A stretch of DNA of 64,000 nucleotides. Source: Longimicrobiales bacterium (GTDB taxonomy: Bacteria; Gemmatimonadota; Gemmatimonadetes; Longimicrobiales; Gaopeijiaceae). Shown here in pieces: positions 1 through 11,201 of this stretch (the stretch's first letter is position 1; every line of letters starts with the position of its first letter). The notes beneath the pieces were generated by a model, which did no database searches, was not told the DNA's origin, and saw only the letters and a list, made by a program, of their open reading frames with translations. The position numbers were made by a program, and so were the translations under genes. The DNA lies in assembly GCA_041690395.1 (NCBI GenBank), contig JAWLHJ010000007.1:64001-128000 (forward strand), read 5' to 3'.

Positions 1-667
1 GATCTCGTCCGGAACTTCCACCGGATGGACGCGGACCTGCTGGCCTCCTACATCGAGAGCCACGAGTCCGGCGTCCAGGTGCTGTCGGCCCCGTTCGAGC
101 CCGAGATGGCCGAGGCGGTGACCGGTGAGCAGATCGGGCGGATTCTGGCGTTCCTCCGCAACCACTACGACTACGTCCTGGTCGATACCTCGAAGTCGCT
201 CGCGCCTCCCGCGCTCGCGGCCTTGCAGGCGGCCGACCCCATCGTCCTCGTGACGAACATGGACGTCCCGTCGCTCCGGAACATGAAGCGTTGCCTGCCG
301 ATCCTCGACAAGGTGACCGGCGGCGACGCCGAGCGACTTCGCCTCGTCGTGAACCGGTACAACCCGAAGAGCCTGGTTCGCCTCGAGGATCTCGAGGAGA
401 CACTGGGCCTCGAGGTCTTCCACACGCTCACGAACGACTACGAGACCGTCATCCAGGCGAGCAGCACCGGTCGTCCGCTCGTGCTCGAGGGCGGCTCGCG
501 GTATGCGGAGGAGCTGGGTGCGCTCGCGCGCAGCATCGCCTACGGACCCGGCGGGGGGACGGCGACCAAGCCGTCCCTGGTGAAGCGCCTGTTCGGTGGG
601 CTCCGGTCCTCGTCCGGAACGCGGACCTCCGTGCCGCTGGGCGCGGCGCCGGTGGAGGCATCGAACC

Positions 668-675
<8 letters not shown>
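1..675 (+). CDS. cpaE: Tad pilus assembly protein CpaE/TadZ (MinD/ParA-like), 5' truncated by window edge
   Basis: [14 protein letters not shown] and 'DVPSLRN' MinD-like C-terminal motifs; directly upstream of tadA-tadB-tadC. Confidence 0.85.
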
Positions 676-2080
<1,405 letters not shown>

Positions 2081-2092
2081 GGAGGGTCGACG

Positions 2093-3070
2093 ATGCCACG
2101 CCCCGAACCCTGGATGCTCGCCCTCCTGGCCGCTCTCAGCGCCGCGCTTGCCGTGTTCGTGCTGTTTCAGGCCTTCATGGTGCTCCGCGAGTGGCGGATA
2201 CGACGCGACGCGCTGGCGTCCCTGGGCCGGGCCGACCGTCCACGGAGCGACACGCAGTCGACCACCTCCGTCGTTCGGCAGGGCGACGTGGAAGACGACG
2301 TGCTCGTCGCTCTGGGTGACCGTGTTCCGCAGCTGTGGGACCTGCACCACGCGTTGAGTCAGTCCGGTCTGGGCTGGACGCTCGGCGGGTTCGCGACCCG
2401 GACTCTGGTCGCCGCGGCCGCAGGAGGGTTGGTGGGCTTCGTCCTGTCGGGTCCCATGCTGGCGCTCGCGGTGGCCCTGTTCGGCGGCATGGCTCCCTAT
2501 ATGCTCGTCCGCTGGAAGCGGACCCGGCGGATTCTTTCGCTCGAGAGCCAGCTCCCCGACGCGATCGACCTGCTCGCACGTGCCGTGCGCGCGGGACACC
2601 CGCTCTCCGAAGGTCTGCGCATGGCCGCGGAGGAGGCCCAGGACCCGCTGGCGTCCGAGTTCCGGATCACCTTCGACGAGCAGAAGTTCGGCCTCCCGTT
2701 CGAAGAGGCGCTGCTCGGCCTCGGCGACCGGGTGGAGATCGTGGACATGCGGATCCTCATCACGGCGATCCTCGTCCAGCGTGAGGTCGGGGGAAATCTC
2801 TCCGAGATCCTCGACCAGATCGCGGAGACCATGCGGGCGCGATTCACGCTCAAGCGACAGGTCCGCGTCTATACCGCACAGGGGCGGATGAGCGGCTACA
2901 CACTGGCGGCGCTACCGGTCGTGGTCGGCTTCGTCATCACGCTCATCAACCCGAGCTACATGACGACGCTGTTCCAGGAGCCCCTGGGTCAGGCCCTGCT
3001 CGGCGGCGCGGTCCTCCTCCAGGGGATCGGATTCCTCTGGATCCGTCGCATCGTCGACGTCCGGTACTGA
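2093..3070 (+). CDS. tadB: Tad pilus inner-membrane platform protein TadB (T2SS F family)
   Basis: QLPDAIDLLARAVRAGH, QREVGGNL, TAQGRMSG; GGAGG RBS. Confidence 0.92.
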   Translation: MPRPEPWMLALLAALSAALAVFVLFQAFMVLREWRIRRDALASLGRADRPRSDTQSTTSVVRQGDVEDDVLVALGDRVPQLWDLHHALSQSGLGWTLGGFATRTLVAAAAGGLVGFVLSGPMLALAVALFGGMAPYMLVRWKRTRRILSLESQLPDAIDLLARAVRAGHPLSEGLRMAAEEAQDPLASEFRITFDEQKFGLPFEEALLGLGDRVEIVDMRILITAILVQREVGGNLSEILDQIAETMRARFTLKRQVRVYTAQGRMSGYTLAALPVVVGFVITLINPSYMTTLFQEPLGQALLGGAVLLQGIGFLWIRRIVDVRY

Positions 3071-3071
3071 G

Positions 3072-4010
3072 GTGCTGATCATGCCCTATCTGGTCGCGAT
3101 CCTGGCGGGCGCGTGCGTGACGCTCCTTCTCTACGGCCTCTACGAGCTGGCCGCGGCTCCCACGCGCGCGGTCACCCGGGAGATCGAGGAGATCCGGAGC
3201 TTCAATCCCAGTCCCTTCGGCGCGACGTCTCGTCGCCGCCGGCAGTCCCGGAAACAGCAGCTCGGCGACGTCATCCGGAAGCTCGGGGCGCACGTGGAGC
3301 GTGGCGGCCTCGATCTCGAGGGGTGGGCCCGGCGCCTCGTGCAGGCCGGATACTGGAGCCCGGACGCCACTCGGATCTTTTTCGGGGCCCGGGTGGCCGT
3401 GGCCGCCAGTTTCGCCTTCGCCGGTCTCGGAACCGGCGTCATGCTCGACGCCCGGCTCTTCGCCATGCTCGTGCTGGCGGTCTGGCTGGGCGGATGCGGA
3501 TGGGTCCTCCCAGCGTGGTACGTGCTCCGGAAGCGGAACGCGCGGCGCACCGAGATCCACCGCACGCTCGCCGACGCCCTCGACCTCCTCGTGGCGTGCG
3601 TGGAAGCCGGCATGGGTCTGAACCAGGCGATGGTGCGGGTCGCCGACGAGATCCGGAACCTGAGCCAGGCGCTGGCCGAGGAGCTCTCCATGGTCAACCT
3701 GGAGATCCGGGCGGGCACGTCGCGCTCCGACGCGCTTCGAAACCTCGGCGCCCGAACGGGCATCGACGACGTCGAGGCCCTCGTTTCCACACTCATCCAG
3801 ACGGACCGTTTCGGCACCTCGGTCGGACGCGCGCTCCGCGTGCAAGCGGGTACGCTGCGGCAGAAGCGGCGTCAGCGCGCGGAGGAGGCCGCGGCAAAGA
3901 CCACGATCAAGCTGATCTTCCCGCTCGTGTTCTTCGTCTTTCCGGCGCTGTTCGTCGTGATTCTCGGGCCGGCCGTGATCCAGGTGATCCAGGCTCTGGG
4001 GGACATGTAA
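3072..4010 (+). CDS. tadC: Tad pilus platform protein TadC
   Basis: DALDLLVACVEAGMGL, RAEEAAAKTTIKLIFPL. Confidence 0.92.
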   Translation: MLIMPYLVAILAGACVTLLLYGLYELAAAPTRAVTREIEEIRSFNPSPFGATSRRRRQSRKQQLGDVIRKLGAHVERGGLDLEGWARRLVQAGYWSPDATRIFFGARVAVAASFAFAGLGTGVMLDARLFAMLVLAVWLGGCGWVLPAWYVLRKRNARRTEIHRTLADALDLLVACVEAGMGLNQAMVRVADEIRNLSQALAEELSMVNLEIRAGTSRSDALRNLGARTGIDDVEALVSTLIQTDRFGTSVGRALRVQAGTLRQKRRQRAEEAAAKTTIKLIFPLVFFVFPALFVVILGPAVIQVIQALGDM

Positions 4011-4360
4011 TGCGCGAGGTGAGCGTGATCCAGGCGAGCTCGGGCGTGCGCGTCGCGACCAGGGCCATGGTGGCCGATTCGTGGTGGGGTCGCCTGCGCG
4101 GTCTACTCAGACGACCCCCTCTCGAAGCGGGGCAGGGAATGCTGCTCATGCGTTGTGGATCGATCCACACGGTAGGCATGGCCCACCCGATCGACATCGC
4201 CTTCCTCGACGCCGACGGGCGGGTCGTGCGGCGCCTCGAGCGCCTCCGGCCGTGGCGCGTGGGCTTCGGAGGCCCGACGGCCGAGCATGCGCTCGAGCTG
4301 CCCGCCGGGCGCCTCGAGGAAACCGGAACCGCGCCGGGCGACCGGCTGAGCTGGAGCTGA
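4010..4360 (+). CDS. DUF192 family protein
   Basis: ADSWWGRLRGLL, SIHTVGMAHPIDIAFLD, ALELPAG; TAATG coupling to tadC. Confidence 0.85.
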   Translation: MREVSVIQASSGVRVATRAMVADSWWGRLRGLLRRPPLEAGQGMLLMRCGSIHTVGMAHPIDIAFLDADGRVVRRLERLRPWRVGFGGPTAEHALELPAGRLEETGTAPGDRLSWS

Positions 4361-4362
4361 CC

Positions 4363-5808
4363 ATGGCACCGCTGGACTCGACCACGATGACGCGCCCCGC
4401 CTCGGAGAACGGGGCGGGACCGGATTCCGCTCCCGCGGCCCGGAGCTCGCTGGGCCGGGAGGGAACGGTGCCGCCGCCCCCTGAGACGCTGGCCGAAACG
4501 GGCCTCTCCGAGGCGTTCGTCTCGGGCCTGGTCCTGAAAGCGCTCTACGTCCGGGGTGAAGCGCTCGGGGTCGAGCTGTTCGACCAGCTCGCGCTCCCGA
4601 TGTCCGTGCTCGACGACGTCATCGAGCAGCTCCAGGAGTGGCGCCTCGTGGAGGTGCACGCGACCCGCGGGCCACGCCGCGGTGAGTGGATGTTCCGCTT
4701 GACGACCGCCGGGAGGAAGCGAGCCGCCGAGGAGCTCGAAGTGTCCCGCTACGTAGGACCCGCTCCGGTGCCGTTCGACGATTGGGTCCGTTGCGTGGAG
4801 GCGCAGGCGCCTGAGCGGGCCCGCTTCGACGAAGACGAGCTGCGGCGAGCGTTCGAAGGTGTCGTGCTTCCGGACGGCATCTTCGACCTCCTCGGGCCGG
4901 CCATCAACTCCGGGCGCTCCCTCTTCCTGCATGGCGGACCGGGGAACGGGAAGACCCTTCTGGCCGAGCGGATCGCCCGGTTGTTCGGGGACCGATACTA
5001 CGTGCCGTACGCCGTACTGGTGGACGGTAGCGTCATGATCGTCCACGACCCGGTGCTGCACGACGCGGAGCCCGCCGAGGTCCAGGCGGACGCGACCGGT
5101 AGCCGGGAGAAGGACGCCGCCGACCATGCGCGCCGGGAGATCCTCCGGCCGGTGTCGAAGCACGATCGGCGGTACGCCGAGGCCCGGAGACCGGTGGTGG
5201 TGACGGGCGGCGAGCTCACGCTCGAGCAGCTCGACCTCCAGTGGGACCCATCGGGTCGCATGTATCAGGCCCCTCCGCAGCTGAAGGCCGCAGGGGGGGT
5301 GCTCGTCGTGGACGATCTGGGCCGCCAGCGGGTGCCCGTGCGCGACCTGCTGAATCGTTGGGTCGTACCCCTCGAGCACAGGCGCGACTACCTGACGCTT
5401 CGGAGCGGACGGAAGATCGTCGTGCCGTTCGACTGCTTCGTGATCTTCTCGACCAACCTGGAGCCGGGATCCCTCGCCGACGAGGCGTTCCTCCGCCGGA
5501 TCCACTACAAGATCCACGTTCCGGACCCGGACCGCGAGGAATACACGAGCATCTTCCGGGCTTGCTGCGAAGAGCGCCACATCCCCTTCGACGAAGATGC
5601 CGTGGGCTTCCTCTACGCCCGCTTTTACGCCGACGGAACCGTAACGCCCAGGCGGTGCCATCCCCGGGACGTCCTGGAGCACCTGCGTCACCTCGCGGAC
5701 TACCGCGGCACGCAGACGCGACTCGACCCGGAGCTGCTCGATCAAGCGTGCCGGAGCTACTTCCTGCCGTCCGGCGCTGACGGCACTTCGACCCCGATAG
5801 GAGCCTGA
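4363..5808 (+). CDS. Tad-associated AAA+ ATPase with N-terminal winged-helix-like region
   Basis: GGPGNGKT Walker A, LVVDDLGRQ Walker B, FSTNL, DEAFLRRIHYKI. Confidence 0.85.
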   Translation: MAPLDSTTMTRPASENGAGPDSAPAARSSLGREGTVPPPPETLAETGLSEAFVSGLVLKALYVRGEALGVELFDQLALPMSVLDDVIEQLQEWRLVEVHATRGPRRGEWMFRLTTAGRKRAAEELEVSRYVGPAPVPFDDWVRCVEAQAPERARFDEDELRRAFEGVVLPDGIFDLLGPAINSGRSLFLHGGPGNGKTLLAERIARLFGDRYYVPYAVLVDGSVMIVHDPVLHDAEPAEVQADATGSREKDAADHARREILRPVSKHDRRYAEARRPVVVTGGELTLEQLDLQWDPSGRMYQAPPQLKAAGGVLVVDDLGRQRVPVRDLLNRWVVPLEHRRDYLTLRSGRKIVVPFDCFVIFSTNLEPGSLADEAFLRRIHYKIHVPDPDREEYTSIFRACCEERHIPFDEDAVGFLYARFYADGTVTPRRCHPRDVLEHLRHLADYRGTQTRLDPELLDQACRSYFLPSGADGTSTPIGA

Positions 5809-5812
5809 TCCG

Positions 5813-6445
5813 ATGAACCATGGCATGTCTGACCCGGCCACCCTCGGGGGGGGCACTGCGGGAGCGGCCTCCGACTCGGACTACCGGATCCGGGAGTCGG
5901 AAGCGCGTCTCGAGCGGAGGATCGCGGGGCTGGAAGCACGGCTCGTCCGAGGGCGTTGGCTCGCCCGCCTGGGTGTCGTGAGCCTGGTCGTGAGCATCGC
6001 CGCCGCGGTGGTGGTGTTGCGCGCGCTCGCCCCCGGAGACGGGGTCTGGGCCGTCGACAGCGTCTCCACGCGCGAGGTGGTGCTGCGCGACACGGACGGG
6101 ATCGAGCGCGGCCGACTGGCGACCGACGACGACGGCCGGGCGCACCTGGCGCTGTCCGACCGCGAAGGGCGCGCGCGCATCCGGCTCACCGTCCTCGCGG
6201 ACGGCTCGCCGGGCGTCACGATCCACGACGGCGAGTCCCGTCCGCGCGCCGTGCTCGGGTACCTGCCCGACGGTACGGCCAACCTGGTCTTCGCCGACGC
6301 CGAGGGGGTCAGCCGGGCGGTGCTCGGCCTCGAGCCCGACGGCTCGACACAGGCGCTCTTCGCCGACCGCTTCGGCACACTCCGGACCCTGGTCGGCGTC
6401 GGCGCCGACGGGGCTCCGTCCGTCTCGACGTTCCCCACGCCGTGA
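5813..6445 (+). CDS. Single-TM protein with coiled coil and five 23-aa beta repeats, unknown function
   Basis: Coiled coil ESEARLERRIAGLEARL, hydrophobic helix, then repeated DxxGxxRxxLxxxxDG units. Confidence 0.75.
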   Translation: MNHGMSDPATLGGGTAGAASDSDYRIRESEARLERRIAGLEARLVRGRWLARLGVVSLVVSIAAAVVVLRALAPGDGVWAVDSVSTREVVLRDTDGIERGRLATDDDGRAHLALSDREGRARIRLTVLADGSPGVTIHDGESRPRAVLGYLPDGTANLVFADAEGVSRAVLGLEPDGSTQALFADRFGTLRTLVGVGADGAPSVSTFPTP

Positions 6446-6447
6446 GG

Positions 6448-7389
6448 ATGAGCATGGGCACCACGCATCGGGCCAGAGCGCTGGCCTCCCTTCTGATCGT
6501 CGCGGCCGCGCTGGCCGCGTGCGGAGATGCTCCTCTCGAGTTGCGGGTGGAGCAAGCATGGTCGGACGAGGAGTTCGACTTCTCCGCCCGCGACGTGATC
6601 GCGTTCGAGTCGCACCGCGACGGGAACCGCGAGATCTACCTCATGGCCGACGACGGGATGGACGGAATCAACATCACGAACCATCCCGCTCAGGACGGAG
6701 ATGCGTCGTGGTCGCCGGACGGCGAGCGGATCGCTTTCGCGTCCACCCGGGACGGCAACACCGAGATCTACGTGATGGATGCGGACGGCTCGAACGTCAC
6801 GCGCCTGACCGACCACCCCGCGATCGACCGGTTCCCCAGCTGGTCCCCGGATGGCGAGCGGATTGCCTTCTCATCGACCCGGGACGGGAACTCCGAGATC
6901 TACGTGATGAACGCGGACGGTTCGGCGGCCGAGCGCCTGACCGACCACGAGGACGAGGACTCCGAGCCGCAGTGGCTCGGCCCGGCCACGCTCGTGTTCT
7001 TCTCGACCCGCTCCGGAAACGGCGACATCTGGAGGATGAGCGTCGACGGAAGCGGACTCGAGAACATCACCGACGACCCCGCGTTCGACGGAGCTCCCAA
7101 GACGGTGCCCGGCTCCACGGCGCCGGGCAAGATCGCGTTCGTCAGCGACCGTGCCGGAGGCAACATGGACCTCTACACGATGAATGCCGACGGGTCGGAC
7201 CTCCGGCGGATCACGACGCACCCAGGGGACGACTTCGACGCCTCCTGGTCGTCGGACGGAGCGCTCCTCGCGTTCGACACCGACCGGAACGGCAGCTGGG
7301 ACATCTACGTCGTCGAAGCCGCCGGCACCAACACCGTACGCCTGACCGCCACTGACGCGGACGACGAGCGTCCCGTCTGGCGACCCTGA
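6448..7389 (+). CDS. TolB-like PD40 beta-propeller lipoprotein
   Basis: Lipobox LAAC; repeated SWSPDGERIAF.S.RDGN.EIYVM.ADG. Confidence 0.9.
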   Translation: MSMGTTHRARALASLLIVAAALAACGDAPLELRVEQAWSDEEFDFSARDVIAFESHRDGNREIYLMADDGMDGINITNHPAQDGDASWSPDGERIAFASTRDGNTEIYVMDADGSNVTRLTDHPAIDRFPSWSPDGERIAFSSTRDGNSEIYVMNADGSAAERLTDHEDEDSEPQWLGPATLVFFSTRSGNGDIWRMSVDGSGLENITDDPAFDGAPKTVPGSTAPGKIAFVSDRAGGNMDLYTMNADGSDLRRITTHPGDDFDASWSSDGALLAFDTDRNGSWDIYVVEAAGTNTVRLTATDADDERPVWRP

Positions 7390-7424
7390 TGGAATCCCGC
7401 AGCGTAACCCAAGGAGAACACAAG

Positions 7425-8210
7425 ATGTACCAGCGCAATCATATTCCGAGCCGACGGAAATTCTGGGGCGTCACGGTCGCCCTGGTGGCCCTCACCGCCT
7501 CCGGATGCGACGAGAGCACGGTCGCGCCACCCGTCGAGGAAGAGGAGGAGGTCCTGCCGGGGGCGATCGCGGTGACCACCGAGACGTCTGGCTTCATGAA
7601 GGACAACGGCTACGAGCTGATGGTGGACGGCGAGAGCACGGGGGCCATCGGACCGAACGAGCAGATCACGATCGCGGACCTCGATCCCGCGACCTACGAG
7701 GTCGCGCTCGGAGACGTGGCGGACAACTGCTCGGTGGACGCCGTTTCCGTGGATGTCGGTGCCGACCAGACGGCCGAGGCGACACTGAGCGTGGTGTGCG
7801 CGCCCGGCGATGGCACCGAGTACACCATCCAGTTCGGGCGGGAGCGGCCGAACCTCGATGACGGTGAGGTCATCGTGTGTCCGTTCAGCATCTGCTCGGA
7901 CAACACGGTGTGGGACATCTATGTGCACAACAGCACCCAGACCGACCCGCACGCCGTCATCCGGCAGAACCAGACGCTCGGAACGGAGATCGCGCATCTC
8001 CCGGGCATCACGCTCGACGTGCTCACCGAGGAGGACGTAGCGGGGGCGGTGTTCACCACCGACCTCGTCGCCGATCCGTTCGACGCCGAGCGCGTGATCC
8101 TGATCCGGACGAGCGCAGGTGGCGTCTATGCCCTCGGCAATCCGGTCGAGGATGGAACGGCACTGACGCTCACGTTCGACGCGGTCCTGGTCGTGGATCC
8201 GAGTCCGTAG
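7425..8210 (+). CDS. Lipoprotein of unknown function
   Basis: AAGGAG RBS; signal peptide ending ASGC; acidic, beta-rich, Cys pairs. Confidence 0.75.
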   Translation: MYQRNHIPSRRKFWGVTVALVALTASGCDESTVAPPVEEEEEVLPGAIAVTTETSGFMKDNGYELMVDGESTGAIGPNEQITIADLDPATYEVALGDVADNCSVDAVSVDVGADQTAEATLSVVCAPGDGTEYTIQFGRERPNLDDGEVIVCPFSICSDNTVWDIYVHNSTQTDPHAVIRQNQTLGTEIAHLPGITLDVLTEEDVAGAVFTTDLVADPFDAERVILIRTSAGGVYALGNPVEDGTALTLTFDAVLVVDPSP

Positions 8211-8235
8211 ATTCCGGCAGCCGGTCCCGAACACG

Positions 8236-8272
8236 AAGCGGCTCCGGGTCGAAAGGCCCGGGGCCGCTTTTC
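8236..8272 (+). terminator. Intrinsic terminator hairpin between convergent genes
   Basis: AAGCGGCTCCGGGTC-GAAA-GGCCCGGGGCCGCTT followed by TTCT. Confidence 0.8.
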
Positions 8273-8826
8273 TAATCCACGATGCGCCGGGCGGCGACCA
8301 GCCGTTGCCGCCAGTAGGGGTTTGAGAGGTCGGACACCCTCACTCCGTTCGAGCTGCTGTGGATGAACTCACCGGCCCCGACGTAGAGGCCGACGTGGTC
8401 CGTCGCGCCGTCACCGTCTTCCGTGAAGCCGAGCACGTCGCCGGGCCGGAGGAGTCGAGGGTCGGGGGCGACAGGAGAGCCCGATCCGATCTGGGCCCGG
8501 CTGATGCGCGGGAGCAGGATGCCCACCTGCGCGTACGCGTACTGGATGAGGCCCGAGCAGTCGAAGCCACCGGCGCCGGTGCCCCCCCACACGTACGGGG
8601 TGCCGATGGATGCCAGCGCGATCTCGACGACCTGGCTCGTGACCCGGTTGGCCTCGGTCGCGGGGTCGTCGAGGACCGGACCGGGCGCGGGTGTGGCCGG
8701 CCGGTCGGGAGCGGGCGCGCGCACGACCTCCGGCGGTGGACGGACGGGCGCGGGCGCACCGACCATCGTACAGGCCCCGAGGAGCGATGACGCCGAGGCG
8801 ACCAGGAACAGACGGTGAAGGCTCAT
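8272..8826 (-). CDS. NlpC/P60 (C40) cell-wall peptidase lipoprotein
   Basis: LLGAC lipobox; GTPYVWGG, FDCSG, HVGLY, FIHSS; only the C-terminal part of the listed 969-aa ORF. Confidence 0.92.
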   Translation of the reverse strand: MSLHRLFLVASASSLLGACTMVGAPAPVRPPPEVVRAPAPDRPATPAPGPVLDDPATEANRVTSQVVEIALASIGTPYVWGGTGAGGFDCSGLIQYAYAQVGILLPRISRAQIGSGSPVAPDPRLLRPGDVLGFTEDGDGATDHVGLYVGAGEFIHSSSNGVRVSDLSNPYWRQRLVAARRIVD

Positions 8827-8919
8827 CCTTCCACGGTGGGAGTCCCGGTCCGCGGAAGTCAACGAAAATCCCGCGGGACCGCCGTCACCGGTTGAGGTCC
8901 GGGACGACGTCGTGGATAC

Positions 8920-11127
8920 TTGGAGGTCGTGACCCTGGGTCCCGTTTCGGGAGGTGGTGTGCTGGACTCCCTGTTCTTCCCGCGCTCGGTGGCGGTCGTG
9001 GGCGCCTCGCGCGATCCGCAGGCCGTCGGTCACCGCATCGTGACTGCGCTCCTCCACGCCGGGTTGCAGGGGGCGATCTACCCCGTGAACCCCAGTGCGG
9101 ACGCCATCGCCGGCGTACCCGCCCATCCGTCTCTGGCCTCGGTCGGTCGTCCGGTCGACCTGGCGGTGATCGCGGTCCCCGCGGCGCGCGTTCCCGAAGC
9201 CGTCGACGATTGCGCCGAGGCCGGAGTTCGTGCGCTGGTCGTGGTCACCGCCGGCTACGCCGAGGTGGGCCCGGAGGGGGCACGCCGCCAGGCGTCGCTC
9301 GTGGATCAGGCGAAGGCCCACGGCATGCGTCTCGTGGGACCCAACTGTCTGGGCGTGATTCAGACCGACCCGAACGTGCGCATGAACGCCACCTTCGCCC
9401 CGGACATGCCGCCACGGGGCAGGGTGGCGTTCTGCTCCCAGAGCGGCGCCCTCGGGGTCGCGGTCATCGCTCTGGCACGCGAGATCGGATTGGGGATGTC
9501 CACGTTCGTGAGCATCGGCAACCGCGCCGACGTATCCGGGAACGATCTTCTGGAGTACTGGGAGAGCGACGAGAGCACGGACGTGATGCTCTACTACCTG
9601 GAGTCGTTCGGAGACCCCCGGCGCTTCGCTCGCCTCGCCAGGCGGGTCGGGCGACAGAAGCCCATCGTCGTCGTGAAGTCGGGACGGTCGGAGGCAGGTC
9701 GCCGCGCCGCCTCCTCGCACACCGCGGCCCTCACCTCGCCGGATACGGCCGTCGAGGCACTGGTCCGCCAGGCCGGGATCATCCGTGCCGACACGCTCGA
9801 GGAGATGTTCCACGTGGCGAGGGTCCTCGTGCACCAGCCGCTCCCCGAGGGGCGCCGGGTCGGCGTGGTCACCAATGCCGGCGGTCCGGCCATTCTCTGC
9901 GTGGACGCGCTCCAGGCCGCCGGCCTGGAGGTTCCCGAGCTGGGTGCCGACGTCAAGGATACGTTGGCGGGATTCCTTCCCGCCGAGGCCAGCTTCCGGA
10001 ATCCCGTCGACATGATCGCCGCCGCCGGCCCCGAGGAGTACCGCCGAGCCGTCTCGGTGCTGCTGGCGGACGATGGGATCGACGCCCTGGTCGTGCTCCA
10101 CACACCCGTAGGCGTCCACTCGCCGGAAGCCATGGCGCGCGCCGTATGCGACGGACTCGACGAGGCCCGCCGGAGCGGTGGGGTCGACAAAACGGTCGTG
10201 GCTTCCATCGTGGGGTCCGGGCTCCGGACCTACGAGCTCCGGTCGGGTGAGGGGGAGGTCGTGCCCGTCTTCCTCTTCCCTGAAGAAATCGGGGCCACGC
10301 TGGGCAAGATCGCCCGGTACGCCGAATGGCGGGCGGCTCCTCTCGGCGACTACCGGACGTTCGACGACCTCGCGCTGGAGCGCTCGCGAGATATCTGCCG
10401 AAGCGCGCTCGAGGCGCGGGGCCCGGGGTGGCTCGGTGTCGCCGAGGCACGAGCGGTGCTGGAGGCGGCCGGGATCGTCACCACGCCGGGAGGTGTGGCG
10501 GGCTCGGGGGAAGAGGCCGTCCGCCTCGCCGACGGCGTGGGATACCCGGTCGCCCTCAAGCTGGCTTCCACCGGACTCGTCCATAAGACCGAGGTCGGTG
10601 GCGTGCGGCTGGGGCTCGAAGATGCCGAAGCGGTGCGGACGGCATTCCGGGAGATCCGTGAGCGCCTTGCCGACGAGGGACGAGAGGAGGACATCGAGGG
10701 CGCGCTCGTCCAGCCGATGCTGACGGGTGCGGCGGAGATCATGATCGGCGCCCAGGCAGATCGCTCTTTCGGACACATCCTGGCGTTCGGGCTCGGCGGG
10801 ATCCACGTGGAGATCCTGCGGGACGTTTCCTTCGGGGTGGCACCGCTCACCGACACGGATGCCGAGCAGATGGCACGGGGCATCCGTGGCTTCCGCCTCC
10901 TCGAGGGCTACCGCGGCCACCCGGCCGCGGACGTGCCAGCCCTGGAGGAGGCCCTTCAGCGCGTCTCGCGGCTCGTGGAGGCGGTCCCGGAGATCGAGGA
11001 GATGGACCTGAACCCGATCTTCGCGCTGGAGCCCGGACAGGGCTACCGGGTGGCGGACGTGCGCATCGCGGTCGCCGAGCCGGCGGGGAATCCGGAGGCG
11101 GCCCCGCCGGACGACCGGAAAGGTTGA
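8920..11127 (+). CDS. ADP-forming acetate/acyl-CoA ligase, fused alpha/beta (start may be GTG 8959)
   Basis: PRSVAVVGASR, GPNCLG, SQSGALG, SHTAAL, ATP-grasp HKTEVGGV, EMDLNP. Confidence 0.9.
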   Translation: MEVVTLGPVSGGGVLDSLFFPRSVAVVGASRDPQAVGHRIVTALLHAGLQGAIYPVNPSADAIAGVPAHPSLASVGRPVDLAVIAVPAARVPEAVDDCAEAGVRALVVVTAGYAEVGPEGARRQASLVDQAKAHGMRLVGPNCLGVIQTDPNVRMNATFAPDMPPRGRVAFCSQSGALGVAVIALAREIGLGMSTFVSIGNRADVSGNDLLEYWESDESTDVMLYYLESFGDPRRFARLARRVGRQKPIVVVKSGRSEAGRRAASSHTAALTSPDTAVEALVRQAGIIRADTLEEMFHVARVLVHQPLPEGRRVGVVTNAGGPAILCVDALQAAGLEVPELGADVKDTLAGFLPAEASFRNPVDMIAAAGPEEYRRAVSVLLADDGIDALVVLHTPVGVHSPEAMARAVCDGLDEARRSGGVDKTVVASIVGSGLRTYELRSGEGEVVPVFLFPEEIGATLGKIARYAEWRAAPLGDYRTFDDLALERSRDICRSALEARGPGWLGVAEARAVLEAAGIVTTPGGVAGSGEEAVRLADGVGYPVALKLASTGLVHKTEVGGVRLGLEDAEAVRTAFREIRERLADEGREEDIEGALVQPMLTGAAEIMIGAQADRSFGHILAFGLGGIHVEILRDVSFGVAPLTDTDAEQMARGIRGFRLLEGYRGHPAADVPALEEALQRVSRLVEAVPEIEEMDLNPIFALEPGQGYRVADVRIAVAEPAGNPEAAPPDDRKG

Positions 11128-11201
11128 TCCTGGACGTACCGCGGTCGGAGGACGCAGGTTGTCGGTCCGAGCCGTCCGCACCCCAGGCCGAGGTGATCAT
11201 C

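Noticed and set aside
6700..6920. DNA-level similarity between TolB-like repeats
   Set aside because: Ordinary PD40 propeller blades
8272..11181. 969-aa minus-strand ORF as a giant NlpC/P60 fusion
   Set aside because: Only the last 184 aa are credible (own lipoprotein signal); the rest is antisense to the CoA ligase
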